Assembly (NCBI GenBank): GCA_035084275.1 | Contig: CM068761.1 | Location: 434,001-498,000 of the forward strand | Length of the DNA: 64,000 nt | Reading direction: 5' to 3' | Source of the DNA: Hydrolagus colliei | Taxonomy: Eukaryota | In this document: piece by piece, positions 13,516-27,527 of the stretch | Layout of the letters: each line of letters starts with the position of its first letter | How positions within the stretch are numbered: the stretch's first letter is position 1 | The notes under the pieces: model-generated | What the model saw: only the letters and a program-made list of their open reading frames with translations | Told to the model about the DNA's origin: nothing | Database searches by the model: none | Position numbers and translations under genes: made by a program

Positions 13516-14087
13516 ATGTGCAATCTCTCCAAAAGCTCCCTTGGAGGCAACTCGTTTCAAGGCTATTTATTTCTCTTTTAGAATCTGATCTGAAGGCGTC
13601 TGCTGAATTCCCTGGATGTGGAGAGGCAGCAGAGTCCAGATGGAGCTTCAGATGGAGGGAAGGAGCAATCACTAGTGCCAGCAAATGGGGGAAACAACAC
13701 AAAAAAGCTTGGAAAATGACTTTGTTTTGCATTCACTCAGACAAAAAGCACAGCGGCATCTCTCATGCTATTGTTGACAGGGGACAACGTGGGATGTGAC
13801 TCATTCGTTTCCTGGATAAAGTGATTCTGTTTCTCAGCAAACACCAAACTTTACACAAATTAAGCAAAATGTCATCCTTCGTTTTCCACTGATTTGATAA
13901 AATGTTGTTTTTTAGAAGGAGAGGTCGTGGCCGAGGTGCGGACATGACAGTGTAATCGCTGAGCTGCTGAACTACATCAGCACAAGTTCAGAGTCTATCA
14001 TTATCACTAAACATAGCTTTCGTGTCCTGAGATTACTGTCCAAATCCAATCATTGCAGATCTTGGGACTGGCGCTAGCGAGGGATTA

Positions 14088-14155
14088 ACAAACAAACAAC
14101 AAAACTTACATTTATATAGCGCCTTTCACGTCGAGAGGACATCCCAAGGCGCTGA
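14088..14155 (-). mobile_element. L2 tail (antisense)
   Basis: Near-identical to 9272-9330. Confidence 0.8.
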
Positions 14156-15639
14156 TAAAAAGATAAAAAGTCATTGAGATAAAAGGAGGAACACTTAAAT
14201 AATGTTCAAATCAATCACGTGCACTCTCTGTTCATTACTGTGATGGCCACATTTCCTGAACAGCTCTGCTGAGATCCCTGTGTGTTGAGCTCTGGCCGTA
14301 CAGAGCCTTGGAGCAGTGCGGACAGGACTAGTCATTGTGACATTACTGGGCATCATGGTCTGGAGACAATACAGGGGAGAGCAACAATGCTGATCCCAAG
14401 TATTACAGCCTGACCTATACATAAAGCAAGAGAAGCCGGGGCTTGAAGGCCTTGAAAATAATTGTCTTATACAAATCTACAAGATATTAACTGTGTCCTG
14501 AGGAGGCAGGAGAAGCGAAGTAAACAACACTTGACCCAAGGTGACAGGTAGCAACTTTGCTGCCAACTGTCTCTGTTTTAGAAATGTGGAAAATAGTAGA
14601 ACAATTTGAGGCTTTCCTTGAGACTTTTCTTAAACAGTGTTGGCATTAACACAGCTTAGTCAGTCAGGGTTTAGTGTAAGGTAGGAATGGTAAGCTCACA
14701 CTAAACAACATTAATTATGGTGATATATGAACACGTTAAGGAACTCCCCATATTGTAGCCCATTGTTTTGTGGGTTAAGGGAAGAGACAATCAACCAGGC
14801 ACTAATAGAATCGATGGCCAGATATTGTATCTATATAATAGTAGAATGATATTTGAATGAAGCACTATCAATGAACGCTCAGCATTAATATACAAGCCTG
14901 CAATGATATGATCTTAATATGAAATCAATTCTTAAGTGCTTGCTATGTGAAATTATATACCTTTTAAACCAATCTTGTTACTGCTGTACTTCATTAAATC
15001 GCACTGACCTCCAGGAAGTCATCCCAGGGAATAAAGGCATTCATAAAGTCACTCTGTTTGTGTTTCTGCATCATATGTTATGTTTTTATTGGCAGTAAAA
15101 GTGTTCAGGAAACCTCTAGCTCTGAGCTACAGTATTTGCTGGACGGCTGATCAGCAAAACTGATTGAAAGTGAGATTGGGGCTGATGTGGGTCGGATGGC
15201 GGTCACCAATCAAGCTTTATTACAGCTCTCTCTTTGCCGGAGGGCCTGCCACACAGCCTCTCTCCACTGAGACTAACCCAGCGCCTGTTTATTTAGTAAA
15301 AAGAAATCAACTAGAATTAACGGACAGGAAGCCTGCTATTTATTTATAATTACCCAATCGGATTCCCTACCAATGCCCACAAATTGCTGGTGTTTTTTGC
15401 ACGAGATTTATGTTTCAGGTTCAGAAAACATCAAGACAGCACAGATGTGTGATGTCATCTGCCTCGCTCCTTTCCTCATAATATCCTCTCACTGTCGATA
15501 TTATGGCACAATTGCGCTTTCAACACATCTTCAGTCCTAGTGGGTTCCAACTGCAGGAGGGGGTGGGTGGGGGATGCATTAGGTGGGACCTTAATCCTGT
15601 CCTTACCCAATCACTCCTTCCAGATTAGAGGAAATACAG

Positions 15640-15842
15640 TTTACGCCCTCTTGCTTCTCCAGTCCCTTCGCCTTCCTGCCTTCTTCAAGGCACGTTTCAA
15701 GACCCACCTCTTCGGTCACCTTCTTACTCCCACCCTCCCTTCCCTTCCACCCCTCCTGATCCCAACCCCCTGCTGGGGTACAATCCCTGATTGTGCAGAG
15801 CCTTGGGACGTCCTCTCGACATGAAAGGTGCTGTGTTCTTGT
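15640..15842 (+). mobile_element. L2 3' end fragment
   Basis: FFKARFKTHLF (L2 ORF2 end), pyrimidine-rich UTR, tail CCTTGGGACGTCCTCTCGACATGAAAGGTGCT. Confidence 0.8.
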
Positions 15843-16987
15843 CCTGCGTACCTGAAGGTGTGGTTCTGTTGTCTCCTGATCTGTATCCATTAGGATTATT
15901 CCAGGTTGAGTTTGTTTTTCCAGTTAGTATCTCCTATACTACAGCAGATTCATAGAGACTGAACAACTGTGGTCCATGTAGTCAGTTCTAATTAACTGAA
16001 TTAAAGATGCCAATGTAAATGGGTTATAAATTGCTGGCTTGTACAGCAGTTAAAAGGTCAATGCTTCCTATTTTGGCCCAGATAGTGTAATGCTTTATAT
16101 TCTGTAATAAGCTGGTTTGATTAATACATTGGCACATGGACTGCGGTAATATCCTTTCCACTGCGTACCCTGAGCTGAGTTATCAGGTTTCCTCTGACCT
16201 AATGAAGGCCATGGAAAAGTGATCGTTATGGATACTGAACTCAAAGACAAGACGGTTTGCATCTTGTTATTTACCATGGCATGAGGTCGACAGCTGGAGG
16301 GCTTACAGATTGAGAATGAAAGCCAATTCTTGTAGCACATCTCCCTGGAGGCTCTCCTGGGATGTTGGATAATGAAGCAAAAGGAATAGAGAATCAGGAC
16401 ATTAAGGCCCCCAGCAGCATTACTGGTAGTGTGCAATTCAGCAGAAGAAAGCATGGAATAATGTAGACTGGCAGCCTGCTCTTTCATCTCCCGCTTCAAT
16501 AAAACAAGTTCACATTCAAAGAGGTTTTTTTTTAAAAAGCAAATTAGCATCTGCTCCATCTCATCTCCAGTGGTTTAGCTTCTTTGTTTCAGAGAATGAA
16601 ATTACTATATAAAATAGACTTTTAAAAAAATTATATTTAATCGTTTGGATCCAGTCATTTTTTAGGATAATGCAAAGCGTTACAGTAATTTGTTTTCTGA
16701 ACAAAAATCCTTCAAACCTGGAGTATTTTAAAGGGAATTAGGCCGGGCCCCTTAGGAGCAGGGAAACAAAAGGCTGCTGAGCTGATGTGAATTGGGATTA
16801 AGATAGATGGCCAGGTGTCTGACATATACCATGCTAAAGGGGTCTCCAAACCAAACTGCTACTGAGAGTTACACACTGAGAATCATTTCCTAGATCATAA
16901 ATGTAGAAGATAAACCAAACCCATCATATAGCAAGTGCCTCTCAAGCCTCCTGTGATCTTTATGATCAGCCTCAGTGGAGTGTGATG

Positions 16988-17060
16988 AACAACAACAAAA
17001 TAATAACAAAATTACATTTATAGAGCAACTTTCATGTGGGGAGGATGTCCCAAGGGGCTG
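16988..17060 (-). mobile_element. L2 tail (antisense)
   Basis: (AAC)n..ATTACATTTATAGAGC..TTTCATGTGGGGAGGATGTCCCAAGG. Confidence 0.7.
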
Positions 17061-18176
17061 ATGGTGTGCTGAGTGACTAACATCTACACGTATGCACGTT
17101 TCAATGTACATTTTAATGCAGGTATCTAATGGCCATTTCTCTTTATTTGCAGCAAGAAGCCCGACCCACACTGATCCCTAACCTTCGTCCTTTCCTTCAA
17201 CTCGTGCCCTGATGGTAACAGTTTGTCAGGGACTGGGTGGAGCTGCCTGGGCACGGAACCCAACAAAAGAAAAAAATCTCTACATCTTGTAATCAGGTAT
17301 GGCAGCTTTGAAAAATTTCCCAGACAATTTATCAAAGCACTAAGCGATAATTCAGACAAAGACATATGAAAAGAAGATTGGCTTTGTTCTGACAGACACT
17401 GATGTCATTGAAGCTGACAGTTCTGCGATAGCATTTGCAATCTTTCCCCCTCCATCACGACACCGCATCTTCCAAAGCTGTCAGAAGATTGCAAGTCTAT
17501 TTCCAGTAACACCTTGATTTTATTCTTCCATGAATCAAAGGATGCAGCATAGAGCAAGGTTTAAGGAGCCCTGGGCTTGCTGCTGGGGTCCAAGCTGTTG
17601 ATCTGACAGAGTTGGCGATATAAATTATTACTGATGTTCAGATGAATTTCAGGCTTAGAAACAGAGGCAGCAAAATGACAGTGACAATGGAACGGTTACA
17701 TAAAGCAGAAAATCCATGATACTGTGTTTCTCCACAGAAACTTAAGTGAAAAAGGGACATACAGTTTAGGATAAAATAAATCAATTTGTGAGTGAGCTCA
17801 AGCTTGCAGAGCAAATAATGGCATATAGTATACGCACAGTTACTACACTTCATGGCATTGCATTGTGAGGCGCTTTGAGACATTTCCAAATCATGGCTGC
17901 TGTAAAGATTATTATTGAAAGATTAAATATAACGGGATAAAGTTTGTGACATCTCGTAATCTTTTCCTCGTGAGAATTAGCAAAGGAATGTGTTATGAAC
18001 TGCTGTAATATTTACCTGTCGCCCCCATCACCTCCCTGCTCTCTTGTCCTCTCTCTTTTTTTCACTGGATTCCCTGTGAGTGAACAATGCTGTTAGTTTT
18101 CTGTTTCAAGCCACCACCCACCCCTCACACCCCATCACCACCTCTCCTGTTGCTTTTTGGGAGGAATTAGCCATCC

Positions 18177-18440
18177 CAACAACAACACCAACCGGCAATT
18201 AGCATCAACTTTTACACAGAATAATATCTCCAAGTGCTTCACAGAGACAGAGTACAAACACAAGCAGGGAGGGACACACTGGACTGGGTGGACACACTGA
18301 GTTGGCTGAGTGCGCTTGTCAAATAGGTAACTCTGTAGAGGGTTTTGAAAGCTAAGAGGGAAAGGTCTTGACAAAGGGAATTTGGGAGACAGTGGGAGAG
18401 CCTCAACAAGAGCTTCCTAGGCCAAATGGTAGATGAGTGA
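18177..18440 (-). mobile_element. L2 3' end fragment
   Basis: Minus strand reads LSHCLPNSL..LAF/QNPLQSYLFD, like WNxLP..FKxxLKTYLF, followed by a tail. Confidence 0.6.
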
Positions 18441-19134
18441 AAATGTAACAAGCTTAAAGCTTTAAGGTTAAAACAACTGAACCAAACACAAAGAGAATGG
18501 AGATAAAGTAAGAGGTAAGGAAATGTGCTCGGGCTGAAACAACCTCTGTGTGAAGGGACTGGAAGTAATTGAGGCTCAGATCATCTGATCACCGCACTCA
18601 TCCGCTGGCAGATACTGGATACTGTCTGGTGATTTACAAAGATCAATTGGATATCCAATGAGACACAAGAGTGAACCGCATGAGAAGTTTAATAGCACAA
18701 TCGTTCAGATTTCACAGCAAAGAGGAAATCTCCAGGTACTGGGAGAGACAGCCACTTTCATGTATAAGAGAAAGCTGAGCACGTATCACTACTGATTTGT
18801 ACCCTGAGGAGCAGAATCAGAGGAAAGCCATTGGGAAGAGATAGCTAGGCAGCTGGAATCAGACTCAGGGCAATGTGAGAAGCTTTAGCATTGACCCAAC
18901 ATCAGAACATTGGGAAGAGAATGAGCGGTTAGATGGGTTAGTGAGCAGGAGGCAATCAGTGAGTGTTCAGATCAGTTCTGGTCAGATGAGCAGTTACCTT
19001 TGTGTCGGGCAGTGCCAGAAACCACTGCAGGGTGTTCGCTCACTGAATAAAAGAAAAAGGTTGGCAGATTCCAGAAATCCTATATTCCTAAAAATGTGTT
19101 TTACATCTCAATATGGATGGAAAGAAGGTTCACG

Positions 19135-19251
19135 ATATGTTCGCCCACAAACATACAGTCAATTCACTTTACAGTATATTCTGTGAAGCGCTTTGAGACG
19201 TCGATAAGATGTGAAAAGTGCTATATCAAATGCAAGGATTATTATTATTAT
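19135..19251 (+). mobile_element. SINE 3' half, low divergence
   Basis: TCGCCCACAAACATACAGTCAATTCACTTTACAGTATATTCTGTGAAGCGCTTTGAGACGTCGATAAGATGTGAAAAGTGCTATATCAAATGCAAGG(ATT)n. Confidence 0.92.
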
Positions 19252-21444
19252 GTCCAATATTGCCCTTTAAATATTCAAGCTGTTTAGATTCACGTCATTG
19301 CTCGAAAGCTTGGCACACAACTACAGTCCTCTGTCCTGTGATTAACATTCAAGCTTTCACCCCTGATAGCTGGACTCTCTCCACCTCATGTCCTCTCTGT
19401 ATTCTGGACCCTTCTAAAGCACAAATTCTTCAGCCAACCCTTTGGTCACCTCCCTCCAACCACTCTCTCCCCAATCTTACCTGCCATGGAGTTTCCACTC
19501 TATTTCCGTAAAGCGTTCCCCAGGTGAAAGGCATTGGACGGGGGCCAGTTGTTGTTGAATGAGTTTGCAACCTGCGTCACTCCTGCTGATGGCAAATGCC
19601 AATCGGAATGTCCTCCAATGATAGGTTTATAGGAAGGTCAGACTTTCCTGTCTGCATTTCAGGAATCCAGGAATAGGGAAGGTAACAGATGAGTTTATTG
19701 AAGGCAGGTGGGGATTGTCTCCCCATACAAATAACACTGGCGCCAGAGACGTCTTCCCATGATGAATCCTGGCAACACGCCACCACAACTCAAACCATTA
19801 AATTAGGCTCAATGATTCCCAGAGACTGTTACCCAGTGGCACTGCTCACTGCGTGTTTCTTACTTAAGTGGAATTGAAGGCAGGCTCTCCGGGCCTTTGG
19901 CAAAGTAAATTCCCTTTGATGGAGTGATGTCACTGGTAGTCTCTAACACAAGGTTGTGGGGTAGATTTGCTTTGTATTTAGTGGCTGGGTTTCTGAAAGG
20001 GGTTCTCAATCATTTGCCACAAGATTTAATGCTGCCAATACCTCGCTGTCACTGACAAGAGAGACATAACATAATTACTGAAAGAATTTAACATCCCAAC
20101 CTACTTGGCAAATGAAAACCCACTTTGCAAATGCCAGGCTGCTGGCTCTTTATCAGTTTGGAGCCAGGGTACTGCAAACATAGGGCCAAACCTGCTCCGA
20201 GGTGACTCAGAGAATCAGTAATGAGATCATTGGAAAATAAATAATCAGCGTGGAAGCCAAAAGCAGCTTCCAACGCACAACAATGACTCTGCACATTCTC
20301 AAAGACTTTGAGCTGCAGGTATAATACAGCTAAACCTTCTCAGTGATGTGATAAGTGGCCTCATCCATTCCATCGGGAGCATTAGAGCTTTGCCATGTGA
20401 ACTGCTCATGTGATCATGTGAAAGGCCTTTGCTCCCAAGTCTGAAGAATGAGCAAGAGGGCTTGCTCTCGATCAGTTGTCTCTTCTCTCCGAACACCTAT
20501 AGTACCCCAATTCCCTATCCCCCCAACTTCCCAGGAGGTTTATTCACGTTCAACAAGAGTTCAGAACCTGGTCCTAGGTCAATCCAGTTTGCTGCATCCT
20601 CTCCTAACAGCCCCCATGGTGGCTGGGACAGGCCAAGTGTCTTGTGATTGTACCACCTTTTACACTAAGGTACCGGTTCTGAACAGCTGGAGGACAACAA
20701 AGCAATAAAAGAACAAGAAGAAACTGTCTTTTGGTGAGACGACACTGCACAGCAACCCCTCCGGGGTTGAATCTGAGCTGCTGTGTTATGATTGGTGATC
20801 ATGGAAACTGACACACAATCTGTGGTAGATGCCAGCACTAATATCATCGCGGCCTGGCAAAGTCTTGTAAGATTTGCTGGCAAGGAAATATATGTAAGAG
20901 AACAGACAAGAAGGAGCTTCGGGGATCCTTTGGACTTAAAACTGCTGGCACGTGGCCAAAACCAAACCAGACACGAGTGAAAGAGCAAGAGACATACAGA
21001 CAGACACGTACTACCTGCACTTACTGTCTGCATGTGCTCACAGCGTGGCAACTGATGGATTTCAGAGACACAGCTTTGGAAATGGCACTTTATGCCATTG
21101 GAAGTTTTTTTTAATTTTTAATATCTCGTTATGTTTGACAATAGCCCAGACAGGGGTTGGGGGTAGGGGGGGGGGGAGAATCCGGAGACGAGAGAGTGAG
21201 TGAGAGAGAGAGAGAGGAGACGCAGCAATATCATTTCCATTTCCAACTGGGGTTAAGCGAGTTGTACATTGGCAGACTCAAGGCAAACCTCATTCCATAC
21301 AGATGCTGTTACACATTATACTGTACATCCGGTAGATAATCTGTGAGGCTCCTGTACACAATGAATGAATTAGTGTAGGGGATTTAGCAAGAGACCCCAC
21401 TCCCCCCATGCCCAAAGAGTGACTACAGAGGCTGAGGATTTTAT

Positions 21445-21580
21445 GGACCTTGCGTTTGATATAGCGCCTTATCACGTCGCTGAGATGTCTGAAAGCGCTT
21501 CACAGAATATAGTATAAAAAGGATTTGTATTGTGTATTTTTGGGGTAACACCTGGTGCACAAGATACACAGCCAATTAGT
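21445..21580 (-). mobile_element. SINE 3' half (antisense)
   Basis: CCTTGCGTTTGATATAGCGCCTTATCACGTCGCTGAGATGTCTGAAAGCGCTTCACAGAATATA. Confidence 0.8.
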
Positions 21581-22364
21581 TCTGGGCATTCGCATGTCAG
21601 AATTAAACTAGAGCCATTGCTGCTTTTGAAAACTCACCGACTACATTAAGGTGTCCCTGCCATTTCAACACTTTCAATGTTTCCCTGTTGTGACTCAGTG
21701 TCAGTGGCTATTAACCTTTTTAATGTTGCATTCATTTCTATCCAGCGCCAGACAACACAAAGTTTTACAAATTTATAAAGGAACAACAGCCCTCCCAGGA
21801 GTGTGTAGTGCCTTGGCTGGCTGCCAACACCTGTACATGGTAACTAATTCAGTAGTGTCACATTTCTGCTTCAATGCTTTATAATGTACTTAAAAGAATT
21901 TAGAATGTAAACAATCATGTCCAATCTCTCAAGCGCTACCAATTCAGATGGATCAGAAGTTGGCGTTTCTATTACATTCCAGACCTTCCTTTTTATTGAA
22001 GCTCTCAGTTTACATTCAGCGCTGTCAGCCACTGCACATCAGGGGGCCCTGAGCAGCTGGGAGCTCGGCAGTGAGGTAGCTTCGGAATCTAAAAATCATA
22101 AAAGCAATTGTTTTAACGTGCTCTTGTTCCCCGCTGCTTTGTTGAGGAAGGGAAAAGCTCGGTTTCCTTTGAAAAGGTGAATGATAACACTGAGATGCAG
22201 TCGGTCACAGAGGAAGCCATTTTCAGGGAGAATTGGATCCAGTGTATGCAGGAGTCATAGTCAGATCACTGGTGCTCCCCATGCTGTGGAGACATTCCCT
22301 CTCTGTAACCCAGGCATCGATTGGAGAGTCACAACTATTGAGCTCCCCGATTCAGCAGACTGGA

Positions 22365-22496
22365 ATCATTGCCCATATAAATACTGTACAGTCAATTAAT
22401 TCACAGTGCAATATATTCTGTGAAGCTTTTTGAGATGCCTCAAAAGTATGATAAGGCGCTTTATCAAAGCATCATTATTATTAATATTATTATTAT
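22365..22496 (+). mobile_element. SINE 3' half
   Basis: CAGTCAATT...ATATTCTGTGAAGCTTTTTGAGATG...GATAAGGCGCTTTATCAAAGC(ATT)n. Confidence 0.75.
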
Positions 22497-22624
22497 GAAA
22501 AGGTGGAATTCGGTCATTTGATTTAGAGACAATTTACCATGATTGACATTTTTAGTTCACTTTCTTCAGACGCTCATTACACCCGCTTGTATCACTACGT
22601 CTAGAAGGCTACGCTCAGAAACAT

Positions 22625-22705
22625 TACACTTTTCAGTAAGTTCTGTGAAGTACTTTGAGACGTCCTTCTGATATAATCGCAAGTGCAAGGATTATTATTA
22701 TTATA
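22625..22705 (+). mobile_element. SINE tail
   Basis: TTCTGTGAAGTACTTTGAGACGTC...GTGCAAGG(ATT)n. Confidence 0.75.
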
Positions 22706-23359
22706 AATGTTTGTTGACTCATGAGAAGCTACTGTAGATGTTATAACTGTGGGCAAAACCATTTACGCATCAACCAATGCCTTGTGAGGAAGAGGCTGTC
22801 TCCCACAGACCTCAGTGGATGATTATTAAGTCCTACCTCATTTACTATCTGTGAATTATTGACTATTATTTTTACATATAATAAATGCATGGCGCTGTGA
22901 GTAAACTACACCAGCTTTATGTGTGGTTAATTAAAGAATTGCTCTGCAGTTGATTGGGTTTTAATTTATTTATTAATCTGAGAGGGTCAGCCCTGAGACT
23001 GAAGACTGAAGACTGCTTCTCACAGCTATTAGTCACACAGAGGTGAGAGGCTTTAATTGGATGAAGTCGACAAGGAAGTTGCATACAAAAAAAAAGGCAA
23101 CTTTCGTAAGCACCGGGGCAGAATTTTAATTAACTGCCTTGGCCGATTGGATAGACTGTGCTGCATGCAGAGAAGTGAAGCGTCGTGATTTCCAAACAGC
23201 CCCATGGTGCTCACAGATTCAACCTGCACAGAGGAGAGAATCTCAGCGTTAGGGTATGAATAAAATTAATTTGTAGTTGCACTCCCACAGCGTGGGAGGT
23301 CAGCACATTATCTACCACCTCTGTGTGTTTGGCTCCCATTTCAGGTAACCATTGTGGAA

Positions 23360-23520
23360 TGTGGGGAGGGGGGCTGATGGTAATAAGGGAAGGGGAGAGA
23401 AAGAGAGAGAGAGAGGCAGTGGGTCGGTGGAGAGACACAGTGGGAGAGAGAGGAAGCGGGAGCCAGAGACGCAGAGGGAGAGGTAGACATGGGGAAAGAG
23501 GCAGGGGGAGAGCAAGATTG
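23360..23520. repeat. Purine-rich (GA) low-complexity tract
   Basis: Predominantly G/A with (GA)n runs. Confidence 0.8.
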
Positions 23521-23946
23521 CAAAGATCACAACAATTCAGGTGATCAGGAATGAGAAAGTGGGAAAGAAAATAGTTTTGAAAAACAATTAGGTGAACAGA
23601 ATCTTTTAGGTTCTTAACCAGGCAAGTTGTAGAACATGATCAGCGAGCCCAGCCACCACAGAAGGCAGGCTGGCAGCTTGCCATCAGATGGCCACAATAT
23701 TTCCAACTGCAGTAAAACAATGGAGCCAAATGATAATATTGATTTATATCTGATTATGTGGTTCTAATTACGGTAGTTCTCTTTAGTATCTACTCTCTAT
23801 GCCCCAGTTCAAGATTTTAAATAACTATAGATTTTCACGAGTTAATGCGTGACAATACAGAGCATTTTGCGATGTCAGTGAATGTACAATACAAACATCG
23901 AGACAGCAGTAAATGCACATTTATCCACAAGGCAGTAGATATATCT

Positions 23947-24176
23947 GGGGCCTAAAATTTCACCTAGTCTCAACCTGTAAGACCATTTGGCCATTAAATT
24001 TTATATAGGGCGAAATTGTGAAAATTTCTTAAATCCACTTTCATTTGGGAGTTGGTTTTCCACAGTTTTTAAAAAGAAACCAGCTTCCAGGTGAAGGAAG
24101 ATTTACAACTTTGCACAATTTAACCATGTGAAATATTAAGATAAAATGAACTTGGTGGGTGGAATTCTCAGCTTCA
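23947..24176 (+). mobile_element. Decayed copy of the GAGGCCTGAAATTCCACC TIR-type family
   Basis: GGGGCCTAAAATTTCACCTAGTCTCAACCTGTAAGACCATT matches the reverse complement of 36625-36665; possible decayed right end GGTGGAATTCTCAGCTTC. Confidence 0.55.
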
Positions 24177-26230
24177 ATGGGCTGAATTGTTTGCACCCTC
24201 GTAGTTTCTGCCAATAGATGGAGATGCAGCACAATCCAGAGCTGCGACTAGGATAAGCTTAGACTGGGAGACCAAACCTGATGAAGCCTTGCCTTGAGCC
24301 AGTTACACCACAGAGACCGACACTCTTATACAGTGGGCAAAACAACCCATTCTGTAGTGAGACCCCTGAAATGAGTGTACGGATTTGTTCCAATGTCCCT
24401 TGGAGACACTAACAATAGTCTGTGATTACCCAGGGCACAGAGCAAGATCTTGGGGGCCAGCAGGTGGTAGAGAACATCAGCATGGACACCATACATATTT
24501 CTGTACTCAGAAACAACCCATCACAAGGGCTCAGTGCTGCATTGCTTCCTATTGTGGAAGCATGACGTTAAATGGGCTGAAACGGGCTTCATCTGAGACT
24601 TTTGTGACCTTGCATTTCTGGAATCAATACAGTGAATAGAGTGGGAGCAATTATTCAGCAGCAATCTAATTCTGATAACATTAATAAACAGAAATATTGT
24701 CAGCACTTTGAAATCCTGCCCTCATACTTGGGTTTGCTTTTATCCTAGGAGAGTTAGTCTACTGCCAATTGCTTATACTACCAGCTAATGTGAGCCCTTG
24801 TCCTATACCCCTGGGATCCCTGACTCGTTACTACACTGAACATAATTCTGTGCGCTACTGCTGGTTTATTAGGAGGTATTTTGCAGTTGGTTACCTGGAA
24901 ATTCTATGCCCTTCTTTGCAACTTAATGCGTTGTGAAATGTTAACTTAATCGTTCCTCTGGGGAAAGCTGCTGTTCCATTAACTCCTGATCACCATTTCA
25001 CACTCAATTTAGGGCTGTTTAACAGCACTGCAGATATCCCATGAGACAGGCTACCCTGAACCTCATCCTCTGCCCTCTGCTAGTTTCAAACACAAAGCTT
25101 TGCCCCTTTTTGCATCAAATGAGCCAATTTGCTTCCAACGTTTATCAGGCATAATAAGCAGTGCCTAGCAATAGGAGAGGAGATAGCTGGTTTACTGTTA
25201 CTGAAACACAATCTGAGCTTTCTACTGAAAAGGATGAATAGCTGTAAGCTTTAATAGAACAAGACACAGTTCACACCTGACCAGTTTTATAGTACAGTAT
25301 ATCCCAGCACAATCCTCCATCCATTTTCCCCCAAATTGACTAGAAAACTAGCACTAAACCAAAGTGGGAAATATTAGATTTTTTAACAACATTTGGTGCT
25401 TTCTGTCATGTCCAAAGGTTCAAGTTAAATGTATGGTGTACCAACAGTTTCCCCACTAACTCAGGCGTGGAACTCTTGAATCTATCTCTGTTATTACATA
25501 TGGTTTGAGGGCCCTGTTGTGGAAAGAAAACAGAGAGATAGCTGTATGACAGATACAACAGGAATGGGAGAGTTACTGAACCCACCTATATCAATAGAAC
25601 AGTATAATAGTAGCACAAATTATAATAGCCACATTTAGTAACTGCACAGGGAAGTGATATCAGCAGCAAACTGACAACCCATACAGCTTCTCACACTTTG
25701 TTCTAAAGGAAAATATTAAACCCAGACCACTGCCATGTAATGGGATTTCCCTGTAGATTCCTGCTGATATCAGCGCTTGAGGGCACAGTTCTTTATGTCC
25801 AGAGCTAATGTTCACCAAGAGTGAAAGCCAATATGGGAGGCACAACCACAGAAGTTTCACATCTGCACAGGAGGGTCAGCTTGATGCTGAACACAGAGGC
25901 CCATCATTGGGCTTTAACTCTCACCTTTCTGAAGTGAGAGTATTGAGTAATTGAGACAGACCAGCAGCATAAAAGGATGTTCCCCCTGAAAACCATATAT
26001 GTACTCAACTCTGAGTGCTCAGTGCACGTACAAAAGCCATTCACATGGGATAATTCCCAGAGCACTAGGAAGAGGCGACGAGTGGTGCCTTGACTTTGAA
26101 ATGAGATGCTGGTGTGAGGTAACGCCAGGAAGCAATGGGCATGTGGATACACAGGAGACTAATGAATCCCTGTTTTTGAACTGAACTGTTGGAATAATTC
26201 AACTAACTGTCAACTTTTTTTTTCCTTTCT

Positions 26231-26267
26231 AAAGATTGTCCAACACGTCCAGTGTTGGACAATCTTT
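26231..26267. repeat. Perfect 16-bp inverted repeat with a 5-nt loop
   Basis: AAAGATTGTCCAACAC-GTCCA-GTGTTGGACAATCTTT (exact coordinates). Confidence 0.97.
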
Positions 26268-27342
26268 CCAGGCCACCGTCCGATCTGAATCGGCGAGTGT
26301 GACACACGCACCTGGGCTGTTAAACAAGGACTAATTTGGGATTGAGAGGCACATTTGTTGGGTTTGACATATTGATGTAAAAAGGGTCAGAGAGTCCTCC
26401 GTGGAGAGAGGTGAACGATGAATAATGCACTCCTCTAGTGACGACTTTTCACAAATGAACTGGTAACTGAAGATGGAACTTTATAGCTACAGGGATTATT
26501 GCTGTCCTCCTCCCCAGGCACTAATGAAATAGTCAAACCGCAGGCGGCTGCTCGCTCTTTAATGAGCAGGCACCACGGGCAGGTTTCTGTCCCCTCGCCA
26601 GCACTCAGAAAGCAGGATCTGCCAGCGTCTTGTTACATACTGACACCGCTGATTAAAGCACAACGCTAAGAGAATACTCGGTTTATTTACAAGCAATAGA
26701 AATCTAATCCCCACAAGCAGCAACGAGCAGCTTTGCTGATCTTGGCCATTACTGTCAACCAGACCAGCACAGGCGTGGCTGCTCTCAGCAACATTTCTGC
26801 TGATTCAACAACTGCCAACTTGGCCGCGAAACACTGAGGCTTTGGGAGACATGGCAATGGGACAGTGTAAGTGGAGGCTGCGGATGCCTTCTCCTGTTTC
26901 CCCACACAGGCCAGATCAACAACCGAGCGTTCACAGCAGTCAAAGTGTTTGTGTTCCCTCAAATCAACATGAGCAGGTTATGATTTATGGGAAATGCAGC
27001 TCACTGATTGACTTCATTCTAATCATGTTTAGCTAAGATTCAGCATTGGGTTGTCTCCTCAGAAAGCCTAGTTTAATAGAGAGAATCTATTATATAGGAC
27101 ACACTGACCGTGTTTCTCTATTCTGTGCAACAAAGCACAGAATAGTGTGTCTCAGCCACACACTGAATCTCTCAGCCTCTGCTCAGCTGCCAAGCCAGCC
27201 ATTCGTTAATGAGAAAGCTATCTGCCAGAGGAGGGGAGCGTATTGTCAGGGGTTTCAAACTACTCGTGTTTTTCAGCAGATACCTGCAGATACCAGTCTT
27301 CCTCGCTTCCTGTCTCACTCTTTTTGTCCACATTTTATGCAG

Positions 27343-27493
27343 AACACACAGCCCGAACACACACACCCCAAACACACACACTGCCCAAACACACACACAC
27401 TGCCCAAATGCACACACACTGCCCAAATGCACACACACTGCCCAAGCATACACACCCCAAACACACACACGGCCCAAATGCACACATAACCCA

Positions 27494-27527
<34 letters not shown>

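Noticed and set aside
14195-14385. Minus-strand acceptor CTCCCCTGTATTGTCTCCAG opening a short ORF
   Set aside because: No good donor and no protein similarity.
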